Origin: Chitinophagales bacterium
Lineage (GTDB): Bacteria; Bacteroidota; Bacteroidia; Chitinophagales; UBA10324
Direction of reading: 5' to 3'
Assembly (NCBI GenBank): GCA_039810885.1
Contig: JBDHXV010000004.1
Location: 1,414-65,413 of the forward strand
Length of the DNA stretch: 64,000 nt
The notes beneath the pieces are model-generated. The model had not been told where the DNA came from, ran no database searches, and saw only the letters and a program-made list of their open reading frames with translations. Each line of letters starts with the position of its first letter. Position 1 is the first letter of the stretch. Position numbers and translations under genes: made by a program. Positions 9,351 to 17,878 of this stretch are shown in pieces.

Positions 9351-11776
9351 TTGCGAATTGTAGCGTTCAACTCTTTTTCAAATAAAGTCATCAGTTGCTG
9401 CATTTTTTCATCTATTTCTGCATCAACCATTGTTTTATTATCATCCATAAAGGTAAAGCTAACTGCATAAGATTTAATATCATTCCCCATTTTTTTATCT
9501 CTATATACATCAAACAGGTTCATCTCCCGAAGAATCGTTCCGCCATTCTTATATGCAAGTTTTTCAATTTCGGAATAGGCGACTTTTACGGGTAAAAGGA
9601 GGGCTAAATCGCGACGCACAGCGGGGTATTTGGGCGGCTCCGTAAATTTTACCGGAATGTCTGACGCTAATTGTAATGCAGCTATGTCTAACTCTGTATA
9701 AAATACGGGGTGCTTAACATCAAACTTATCGAGCCAATCTGAAGATATGATACCGGTATAGCCCAATATATGATTTTTTCTTCCCCACTGTAGTGCATAA
9801 TCGCAAGCTATATTTTCAATTTCGCTTATCGCATAATTTGTGATACCGAGTTTCTGTAATAATGCCTGTACAAATCCTTTAAGTTGAAACAAATCAACAT
9901 TGATATTCTTACTACGCCAATGTTCGGGCTCGTAACTTCCCGTAAGCAGTAATGATAGTTTGGCCTGTTCAGAATATTGATTATTTCCTTTAGAATACAC
10001 TTTGCCAATTTCAAACAGCCTTAAATCCAACTCCCTACGATTATGATTCATACGAACGGTGTGAAGCAGGGGCATTAACATATCTATCCTTAATGAGTCT
10101 AATCCCATATTTGAATAAGATAAGAGGCGCACGATTTCTTCTTTCTTTTGCGGCACTAACTGTTCGCTTAGTTGAGCACTGAAAATGGAATTATTCTGCA
10201 CTTCCGTAAAACCAAGTCCGGAAATAATTTGCTGCAATCTTCTTTGAAACTGTTCACGCTGACTGTATTCGTTAGTATAAGCTAAAGATGCATGCAAGGC
10301 TGTGGTTAATGGAATGTGGTCGTATCCGAGGATACGAATAACTTCCTCGATTAAATCCACCTCAATGGAGCAGTCATTCTTATAACCCGGAGTTGCCCAA
10401 GTGCTTGCTTGTGTTGTTTCTGTTATTAACTCAAAGCCGAGTTGCTGCAAGATGGTGTTTGCCGTCTTTCTGTCAATTGTAAAGCCACTCAATTCATTAA
10501 GTTTCTCATAGCGTAGTGTTATCGTCTTTGACTCTACTTTAGTTTGACCTACATCAACGATAGAATCCGAAATGTTTCCTCCTGAGATTTCTGCTATTAA
10601 TGTTGCAGCACGTTTCAGCACTTCTGTTGTATTGTCAAGGTTTACTTGTTTCTCAAATCGCATTGCTGCATCTGTTCGCAGTTGATGATGCACTGCTGTC
10701 TTACGAATACTAACCGGATGGAACCAAGCACTTTCCAAAAAAATGTTTTTTGTATCTGAGGTTACACCACTATTTAGTCCGCCGTAAATGCCGGCAATGC
10801 ACATACCGCCATGTGTATCACAAATCATTAAGTCTTCCTCTTGTAGCTTCAACTCTTTATTGTCAAGTGTAATGAATTGGGTGCCGTGGGGCAGATTTTT
10901 AACAAATATTTTATGACCATTGATTCTATCGGCATCGAATGCATGCAAAGGCTGACCATATTCATAAAGGATATAATTTGTTGCATCAACGATGTTATTT
11001 ATCGGTTTTAGTCCAACTACTTTTAAGCGATTTTGTAACCACTCCGGAGAATCTGATACTGATACTTCGCTTAGAAAAATGCCACTATATCGTTTACAAG
11101 CCTCTTTGTTCTCAATCTCAACAGAATAATTTGCATTCAGGGAGATTGCGTTGAAAGAGTATGATGGCAAGCGAAAAGTATCAGGTTGTTTTTTATGAAT
11201 GGCAAACCAGCAGGCAATATCGCGTGCCATGCCTATGTGAGACATTGCATCTCCTCGATTTGGAGTTATGTTTACTTCCAGCGTATAGTCGGTATAAACT
11301 GCATAAACTTCTGTTAGCGGGGTGCCCGGTACTAAGGATGCATCGAGTACAATAATGCCGTCATGATGAGTACTTAATCCGATTTCATCTTCGGCACAAA
11401 TCATGCCTTGCGATTCAACTCCGCGAATCTTCGATTTTTTAATGATGAACGGCTCTCCCGAAATTGGATACAAGTGCGTTCCGTGCATTGCAACAACTAC
11501 CTTTTGACCCGCTTCAATATTAGCTGCACCGCATACGATTTGTAAAATCGTGTCATTGCCTACATCCGTTTTTGCAACTCTTAAGCGATCTGCATCCGGA
11601 TGTTTCTTGAGCTCCAGAACATGCCCAACAACCAATCCCTGTAAGCCTCCTTTAAGGCTTTCATATTTTTCTAAAGATTCTACTTCAAGTCCAACGGACG
11701 TTAGAATATCTGCTACTTCCTGTGCCGTTGGTTTTACGGTTAGATAATCAAGCAGCCAATTGTATGAAATTTTCAT
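9347..11776 (-). CDS. pheT: phenylalanine--tRNA ligase beta subunit
   Basis: 809 aa. tRNA-binding domain HPDADRLRVAKTDVG plus B3/4, B5 and FDX-ACB-like regions. Confidence 0.95.
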   Translation of the reverse strand: MKISYNWLLDYLTVKPTAQEVADILTSVGLEVESLEKYESLKGGLQGLVVGHVLELKKHPDADRLRVAKTDVGNDTILQIVCGAANIEAGQKVVVAMHGTHLYPISGEPFIIKKSKIRGVESQGMICAEDEIGLSTHHDGIIVLDASLVPGTPLTEVYAVYTDYTLEVNITPNRGDAMSHIGMARDIACWFAIHKKQPDTFRLPSYSFNAISLNANYSVEIENKEACKRYSGIFLSEVSVSDSPEWLQNRLKVVGLKPINNIVDATNYILYEYGQPLHAFDADRINGHKIFVKNLPHGTQFITLDNKELKLQEEDLMICDTHGGMCIAGIYGGLNSGVTSDTKNIFLESAWFHPVSIRKTAVHHQLRTDAAMRFEKQVNLDNTTEVLKRAATLIAEISGGNISDSIVDVGQTKVESKTITLRYEKLNELSGFTIDRKTANTILQQLGFELITETTQASTWATPGYKNDCSIEVDLIEEVIRILGYDHIPLTTALHASLAYTNEYSQREQFQRRLQQIISGLGFTEVQNNSIFSAQLSEQLVPQKKEEIVRLLSYSNMGLDSLRIDMLMPLLHTVRMNHNRRELDLRLFEIGKVYSKGNNQYSEQAKLSLLLTGSYEPEHWRSKNINVDLFQLKGFVQALLQKLGITNYAISEIENIACDYALQWGRKNHILGYTGIISSDWLDKFDVKHPVFYTELDIAALQLASDIPVKFTEPPKYPAVRRDLALLLPVKVAYSEIEKLAYKNGGTILREMNLFDVYRDKKMGNDIKSYAVSFTFMDDNKTMVDAEIDEKMQQLMTLFEKELNATIRK

Positions 11777-11817
11777 AGTGTTTAATACAAGCAGCTAAAT
11801 TAGCTAAAGGGAGGCGC

Positions 11818-12651
11818 TTACTGTTTAACAGGTTTAGCATTAACCTGTAATACTTCTTTACTCTCCGCCGTATTGCGTGTAACAAAGGCTACAACACGGC
11901 AGTTCGTATCATTCCACCCGCTTGGTAAAGTATATTGATAGCTCCTGGTTATTACTGCACCGGATGGCGTTGGTTCGGTTATTAAATCTCCAATAGCATT
12001 GGTAAGTACTGCCCTAAGCACATGACGATGTACGTAAAAGGTATCAACCCCTGTTGGGGTTTCCTGAGCATCAATAATGCCGTCTTCAGTGATTAGTACT
12101 GTAATGCTTTGCGCATCCGTAATTTCTTCAAGATATTCGAGACTCACAGATGTCGTAAGTTTTCGGTCAACTACATTGTAGTTAGCATTCAGGTTTATTT
12201 TCACTTTTAGTGGTTCTTGTAATTGCTGTGCAGCAATTCCTACCCAAACGGCTTTATCCATCATAATTTCTGTTTGACCCGGATATAGCTTACGATCAAT
12301 GGCAGCAGTAGGCCAAAAGGCAGCAGGTCCTATGAAGTTATCTATTGCAACTCCCTCTGGTATTTTAAAGTTATACAAGCTAAATGGATAGGGCACTGCA
12401 TAATATCCGCTATGAATGGTAACAATCTCCACTCGGCCACTATGAATATCTGCAATGCTTTGAGAAATCTCATGCCCCTCCGGACAATTGACACATTTTA
12501 CTCCAGTAAATTCTTCAATCAGTATATTTTTCAATTGAGTAGTTTGTGTTGTATCGGTTGGGGTTGTTGTAGTTAAAGGACATTGTTCTTCGCAAGAAGT
12601 GAAAATGCCCATAACGGCAAATGATAGAATCAGGTATGTTAATTTTTTCAT
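11818..12651 (-). CDS. Omp28-related lipoprotein with a thioredoxin-like CxxC motif
   Basis: Lipobox MKKLTYLILSFAVMGIFTSC at the internal ATG 12651. IEEFTGVKCVNCPEGHE motif. Family assignment is from memory of the Omp28-related family. Confidence 0.6.
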   Translation of the reverse strand: MKKLTYLILSFAVMGIFTSCEEQCPLTTTTPTDTTQTTQLKNILIEEFTGVKCVNCPEGHEISQSIADIHSGRVEIVTIHSGYYAVPYPFSLYNFKIPEGVAIDNFIGPAAFWPTAAIDRKLYPGQTEIMMDKAVWVGIAAQQLQEPLKVKINLNANYNVVDRKLTTSVSLEYLEEITDAQSITVLITEDGIIDAQETPTGVDTFYVHRHVLRAVLTNAIGDLITEPTPSGAVITRSYQYTLPSGWNDTNCRVVAFVTRNTAESKEVLQVNAKPVKQ

Positions 12652-12664
12652 GTTTCTGTCTTTG

Positions 12665-14248
12665 TTAAAATGATGAAGCAATCGTAAAGCGTACACCACT
12701 GAATGCCGGCTCAAACCGACAAACACCACCCATACAGTTAACGCCTTCGACCTGTTTTACATAAGCAATCGTAAAGCGGCTTGCGTTTCGCGTGTAAGCA
12801 AAATATACATTGTAATAATGGTGTGCTCCGTTTACATTGGCAAGGTTGGGGTTAACATTATACATGTCGCTCACAGCAAAAGAGTAGCGTGGCGCAATAT
12901 TGTATTCTGCAAGAAACCAAAGCCAAGACCCAAAGTCTTGTTTTGTATTTTGGTACTGCAACTCGGTTCGAATAGACTTCTTCTTAGAAATTTTATAGGT
13001 GTATTCTATAAAAGGTGTCGAAGCCACAACTGGCGGGGCTCCCGGTTTAAGACGATATACCTCAATGTTGTAGAATAATTGCTGAAAGCCAACAACGATG
13101 TTCATTTTCTTCCATTTATTAATTTCTATCTCTGAGAAATATTCTTCAAAAAGACGGACATTATTCAAATCGTGCACGTTGGAATAATTCAATGTTAAAG
13201 TAAACCCGTCAACAGGAGTATAAAAGATGTCAGCCTGATAAGCCATTTCCCCTAAGGCTAGGGCTGCAGCGCTATAACGAGCCGGTAAACGGAATGAGTT
13301 TTGTCGTGTCAAAGGAGGTAAATAATCTAGTACGCCTTGCAATAAACGTTCATTGGGGGATGTGCGCAGATCAAAACTTTCCGTGCGTTTTGCCTGGACT
13401 GTAATTCCTAATCCGCTTCTAGAATAGGTTAATGAGCTATACAATACCGAGCCTGGTTTGTTTACCAACTTGTTATCCGCATTCACCATAGCTTCGCTGG
13501 ATTTATATGCTCCCTCGATATACCAACTCAGATTTTTGTAGTTCGTTGTGTTGTAAAATGAGCCGACATAAACGTTATACTTAGGGCAAAACTTTAAACT
13601 ATCCGGATAGGTATTCAAGTTAGAAACAATAAAATTCATAGATGATGCATCTAAGGTTCTATTTAATGTTGCTATACCCGGTAGAAAGCTTAAATCATCA
13701 TTCACTTTGATATTCCCTTCCATACGTGCGCCTTTTAAGATAGGCTTGTAATAATCAAACCACAATTTTTGGCGGCCACTGAATGCGGTAATATTCCAGT
13801 TCTCAGATATTTTATAATCGAGCTTTATTCCAACCGTTGCATAATCGATACCCAGATAGCGGTCTTCATAGGAACGATAAACGATACCGCTGCCAAACTG
13901 TTCATAAAACGACCCTGCTGTTATGGTTAAATCTTTAATACTTTTTCGTAATTGCCAAAAACCAAGCCCTTGTCCGGTAAATGCCTTTTGAGGATTTATT
14001 AGATTCGAGTTGTTAAATAAATCAAAACGGACGATAGCATTAAAATCATTATAAGTATAACCTAACGTAAACCACCCTTCCGTTGAAGACAAATAGTTAT
14101 CATATAAAGGGGTATTTGCAGCGTTTATCGAGGTATCGCGCTGAAAAAAGTTAGCATTGAGCATTAAGTCGCCCGAAAGTTGACCGCTTTGTGCAAATGA
14201 TTCTGTTATTAAAAAATAACAGCACAGTGCAAGTAGAGTTTTTTTCAT
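12665..14248 (-). CDS. outer-membrane beta-barrel protein (DUF6029-like), unknown function
   Basis: Signal peptide ...SFAQ. Alternating aromatic/polar beta-strand pattern throughout, and a C-terminal F. The DUF assignment is recollection, not a search. Confidence 0.55.
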   Translation of the reverse strand: MKKTLLALCCYFLITESFAQSGQLSGDLMLNANFFQRDTSINAANTPLYDNYLSSTEGWFTLGYTYNDFNAIVRFDLFNNSNLINPQKAFTGQGLGFWQLRKSIKDLTITAGSFYEQFGSGIVYRSYEDRYLGIDYATVGIKLDYKISENWNITAFSGRQKLWFDYYKPILKGARMEGNIKVNDDLSFLPGIATLNRTLDASSMNFIVSNLNTYPDSLKFCPKYNVYVGSFYNTTNYKNLSWYIEGAYKSSEAMVNADNKLVNKPGSVLYSSLTYSRSGLGITVQAKRTESFDLRTSPNERLLQGVLDYLPPLTRQNSFRLPARYSAAALALGEMAYQADIFYTPVDGFTLTLNYSNVHDLNNVRLFEEYFSEIEINKWKKMNIVVGFQQLFYNIEVYRLKPGAPPVVASTPFIEYTYKISKKKSIRTELQYQNTKQDFGSWLWFLAEYNIAPRYSFAVSDMYNVNPNLANVNGAHHYYNVYFAYTRNASRFTIAYVKQVEGVNCMGGVCRFEPAFSGVRFTIASSF

Positions 14249-14396
14249 TAAGAATAATTAAATGTAAAAAGGTGTGCTAATATCAAATATTTTGATGGAT
14301 GATGCAAACAAAGAGATTGTATAATATATGTATTTTCGTTAAGCCAACTTAATGTGGCAGGATACTTGAAACACTGAAAATAAATTCATCTTTCTT

Positions 14397-14888
14397 ATGA
14401 AATACATACTTGCAGCATTCCTTTTAAGTTTTACTGTTTTAACTCAGGCGCAGAATAAGAAATTGCCGCAAATTGAGTTAAGCAAGTTGAATGGTGATAA
14501 AGTTGAGCTCAGCACGATTACCGGAGGCGACAAGATCGTCATCATTGATTTTTGGGCAACATGGTGTATTCCATGCAAGAAGTCTCTGAATAATATGATG
14601 GAGGTTCAGAAAGAATGGAAAGAAAAGTATAATGCCGAGATAATTGCTATCTCGATGGATGATGCGCGCAACAGCTCCAAGGTAAAAGCACAGGTTGAAG
14701 GGGCCAAGTGGCCTTACTTGGTATTGTTAGATCCCAATCAAGATACCCGCCGCTTACTTAATTTTCAAAATATTCCCTTTTCTGTTTTAGTGGATAAAAG
14801 CGGCAATATCGTGTATATGCACCAGGGATATGTTGACGGTGATGAGTTTGAATTAGAAGAGCATATAAAAAAGCTCGCTGGACAATAA
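14397..14888 (+). CDS. TlpA-family thiol:disulfide oxidoreductase
   Basis: Signal peptide and FWATWCIPCKK (CxxC). About 160 aa, a thioredoxin-fold size. Confidence 0.85.
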   Translation: MKYILAAFLLSFTVLTQAQNKKLPQIELSKLNGDKVELSTITGGDKIVIIDFWATWCIPCKKSLNNMMEVQKEWKEKYNAEIIAISMDDARNSSKVKAQVEGAKWPYLVLLDPNQDTRRLLNFQNIPFSVLVDKSGNIVYMHQGYVDGDEFELEEHIKKLAGQ

Positions 14889-15013
14889 TATCCTAGCTCA
14901 CTTCCTCTATTTTATTCAAGCCCCTATTGTTTATTGTACTTATTCAATAACGCTCGCTCATTAATGCTCTGCGTTCCACCTTACTTATCAATATAATGTA
15001 GAATAAATAAAAA

Positions 15014-15039
15014 GAGCCGATTGTTTTCACAATCGGCTC
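15014..15039 (-). terminator. intrinsic terminator for hsp20
   Basis: Perfect 10-bp stem GAGCCGATTG/CAATCGGCTC with a 6-nt loop. On the minus strand it is followed by TTTTTATTTATT. It lies 60 nt after the hsp20 stop. Confidence 0.75.
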
Positions 15040-15098
15040 AAACCCAAACCCATCCTATGAAGGATAATCCAACGTGCAGTTAAGCACAAAGGATACTT

Positions 15099-15539
15099 TT
15101 ATGAAACTTTAATTGACTTTGGTCCTTTCTGCTTAGCTTCTTCTTTTTTCGGAAGATTCACTAACAGAATGCCGTCTTTTAAGTCCGCATTAATTTTTTC
15201 GCTATCTATATTCTCAGGCAAAGTGAAAGTACGACTGAAACTGTTTAGATTGTACTCTCTGCGAGTGTATTTGTCTTTTTCATCCGTTGTCTTTTCTTCG
15301 TGCTTGCCACTTATAGTTAATAGGTTACCATCGAGATTTATCTCAACATTATCCTTATATAAGCCCGGCACAGCTAATTCCAACTGAAATGCCTCCGCTG
15401 TTTCCTTAACATTTACCGGAGGAATACCCGCACTTACTCGGGGCATTGCAGGTAAATCCATTTGGAAGAAATCATCCATAAATGAGCTAAACAATGAGGG
15501 AGTGTTTAACCGATCGTTTTTGAATTTAAGAAGTGTCAT
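15099..15539 (-). CDS. Hsp20/alpha-crystallin small heat-shock protein
   Basis: Alpha-crystallin domain PVNVKETAEAFQLELAVPGLYKDNVEINLDGNLLTISGKHE...FTLPENID...DGILLVNLPK. Confidence 0.9.
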   Translation of the reverse strand: MTLLKFKNDRLNTPSLFSSFMDDFFQMDLPAMPRVSAGIPPVNVKETAEAFQLELAVPGLYKDNVEINLDGNLLTISGKHEEKTTDEKDKYTRREYNLNSFSRTFTLPENIDSEKINADLKDGILLVNLPKKEEAKQKGPKSIKVS

Positions 15540-15589
15540 AGTTTTAATTTTTCTTCTGTTCTATCAAATGAAATACCATGAGGAAAAAC

Positions 15590-15627
15590 ATGACAAGATG
15601 ACAAGAATAGCTTAATTAAATGACAAA
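15590..15627. repeat. direct repeats ATGACAAG ATGACAAG (abutting) plus ATGACAAA 14 nt further on, upstream of hsp20
   Basis: Read directly at 15590-15597, 15598-15605 and 15620-15627. No TAnnTTTG box is present in this spacer. Confidence 0.6.
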
Positions 15628-15650
15628 TTAATACGGAAGAAACTAAATCT

Positions 15651-15667
15651 TCGGAAATAGTTTCCGA
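15651..15667 (-). terminator. inverted repeat TCGGAAA-tag-TTTCCGA: weak terminator of the upstream operon or an operator
   Basis: 7-bp arms with a 3-nt spacer, 36 nt after the stop at 15703. On the minus strand it is followed by AGATTTAGTTTCTT. Confidence 0.35.
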
Positions 15668-15702
15668 TAATTTTCGATTCAATAGATAAGATGAACTCCG
15701 AA

Positions 15703-16203
15703 TTACATCTTCTTTAATGTCAATACCGCACGAGTATGGATGTCGTTTACCGGGGTTCCTTCAAAGGAAGTGATTATTTGAAATTCTTTTCTATTTTTCT
15801 TATCCTTTGTTATTGTATAAAGACCTTCAATAATGGGAATAGTTCCTCTTGTGCCACGTATTTGAAATCTTTTACCATCATACACATACTCCATGAAATA
15901 ACCTGTATATTTTATTGGTTCATTATTAACCATTGAGTCAATTTTCATAAAAAGCCCTACGCGATATCCATAAAGCCCGAATAATGACTCACTACTCATA
16001 AATTGAATATATCCGAGGTTCTCGAGTGTGCTTTTATTTGTAATTGCTCCTGCTTCATCATAGCTAATGCTTTCATAGCTTTCTATTTCCCATTTTCCAT
16101 TTCCACCATATAGTTGAGGAGCTTTGCGATCTTCAATATCACAAGCGGAGAATAATACCGTAACACTTAGGAATAAGAATGTAAGGTAGGATTGCTTAGT
16201 CAT
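15703..16203 (-). CDS. lipoprotein, unknown function
   Basis: Internal ATG 16203 gives MTKQSYLTFLFLSVTVLFSAC (lipobox). It overlaps the upstream stop as ATGACTAA. Confidence 0.6.
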   Translation of the reverse strand: MTKQSYLTFLFLSVTVLFSACDIEDRKAPQLYGGNGKWEIESYESISYDEAGAITNKSTLENLGYIQFMSSESLFGLYGYRVGLFMKIDSMVNNEPIKYTGYFMEYVYDGKRFQIRGTRGTIPIIEGLYTITKDKKNRKEFQIITSFEGTPVNDIHTRAVLTLKKM

Positions 16204-17032
16204 TATTAAAAAGTAGGTTGAATTGCAAGCCAATTGAATAGTGCCATCCGTGGTCGTTGAGATGTACGAAGTTATTGGCACTCTCCGAAGCAAGTTGATC
16301 TGTTAAGAAAAAAGGAATATTTTCCGGTATATATGACGATGGAGAACCTGCTCCATTAGGATTATAATTCTTGTAATCTGTTAAGTCTTTATAATAGTCC
16401 TGTCGCTCAGGGCTTCCATCATACCCGAAAGGTTTATAGGAGCGCACCGCTCTGAAAATAATATTCACATACTTCATTCCCGCACCGACTTCGGCGCCGT
16501 ATGCTCCTGAAAAGCGAGTGGCAGTAAAGATTCCATTCATAAGTTTTTCTAACCCATACGATTTTGTGCCATCGGTATAGATATAGCCCATGTAAGCTGT
16601 ATTGCTTCTTAGATAAAACCCTACAACCGGTGCTATATGAAAATAAGTGTTTCCAATGCCTATACTAAGATCCGTGCTCCAGTCATTGACTTTCAAAGCC
16701 AGTTCTCGCTTTGAGTTATTTATAAAGGTGAATGTGTTGCTGGTACGATACGTTGAGCTGCCTGTCGCCGCATTCATATACAGGCCGAACTCTTCTTTTG
16801 CATATACATAACCAATGCGCCACCCAAATCCGGTTGCATTACTAAAATCTTCTTTAAACAATTCGCTAGCATTAGAAGCATTCATACTGTTGTATGAATC
16901 AAAGAATTTTTCAAAGCCCGACGACTTAAACTTATAAATCCCATATCCCGTTTGAAGGCTTATTTGTGCTTGACTCCTCGTAGGAAAGAACCACAGGAGA
17001 AGAATTGATAGAGATAATAGTTTGTTAATCAT
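16196..17032 (-). CDS. secreted/outer-membrane protein, unknown function (beta-rich)
   Basis: Signal peptide ...TRSQAQ, G/Y/S-rich alternating pattern, no family recognised. Confidence 0.55.
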   Translation of the reverse strand: MINKLLSLSILLLWFFPTRSQAQISLQTGYGIYKFKSSGFEKFFDSYNSMNASNASELFKEDFSNATGFGWRIGYVYAKEEFGLYMNAATGSSTYRTSNTFTFINNSKRELALKVNDWSTDLSIGIGNTYFHIAPVVGFYLRSNTAYMGYIYTDGTKSYGLEKLMNGIFTATRFSGAYGAEVGAGMKYVNIIFRAVRSYKPFGYDGSPERQDYYKDLTDYKNYNPNGAGSPSSYIPENIPFFLTDQLASESANNFVHLNDHGWHYSIGLQFNLLFNND

Positions 17033-17768
17033 GGCGACCTCCTAATTTTAAATAGACTAATAGTCCAACATTACTCATTTTATCTTCCAAGAAATTTCCA
17101 TCCTGTATCTTACTACCCCCTAATAAGCGATTCTCTGCGTCATCAATATCCATTTTCATTGCATGAAACTGATAGGATAGCCGCACTCCCAACGGGCCTC
17201 TTTCATACTGTATAAACGGGGTGAATGCGACTTGGGTAGTAAAAATTAATTCTTTGTTCTTTAAAAACGACTCCCCGGTCATAAAGTGCTTTGTTTGAAA
17301 GAGATAGGTCCATGAGGTATCTTTAATGGAACCCTTAGGAGCACGCTTATAGAAGCCCTTAAATGTGCCAACGTCAACAGACAAGCCTCCCTTTAGTGCC
17401 CCTCCGGCATAAAATGCAAAACAGAGAAAGTTCGATCGAATCTTCAGCTGCCTTTCAATTTCTTCATTATTATACATAAAATTAGCCTTGCTGACCGTGT
17501 GCTTATTTTCCCACAAAATTTCATATCCAACCACATCGTATTCTTGACCAATACCAAAAGCGACTCCTTTTAAGAAATGAATTTTATTAAAGTCGTTTCC
17601 GGTATTGTAGTAAAAACGATTTAGATTATTGTGAACATCAATCAATCGGTTTATTTCTCTTGGATTCGCATAGCTTAAACCGTAACCTGCCCTAAAATAG
17701 AATTCTTGTGCGCTACTCTCTCCTGTAGCAATTAGGAATAAAGCACACAATAGAAAAATGCAACGCAT
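17025..17768 (-). CDS. secreted/outer-membrane protein, unknown function (beta-rich)
   Basis: Signal peptide ...SSAQ. The mature N-terminus FYFRAGYGLSY resembles ISLQTGYGIYK of the next gene, so they may be distant paralogues. Confidence 0.55.
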   Translation of the reverse strand: MRCIFLLCALFLIATGESSAQEFYFRAGYGLSYANPREINRLIDVHNNLNRFYYNTGNDFNKIHFLKGVAFGIGQEYDVVGYEILWENKHTVSKANFMYNNEEIERQLKIRSNFLCFAFYAGGALKGGLSVDVGTFKGFYKRAPKGSIKDTSWTYLFQTKHFMTGESFLKNKELIFTTQVAFTPFIQYERGPLGVRLSYQFHAMKMDIDDAENRLLGGSKIQDGNFLEDKMSNVGLLVYLKLGGRHD

Positions 17769-17878
17769 AGGGGTTAAGAGTTGTTTGTTGCATAATTACC
17801 TGATAAGTATGTTAGGTTAAAAAAAGGCTAATACCTGTTACTAACAAAGAACCTTAAAACTATATAAAATTTTAGACT

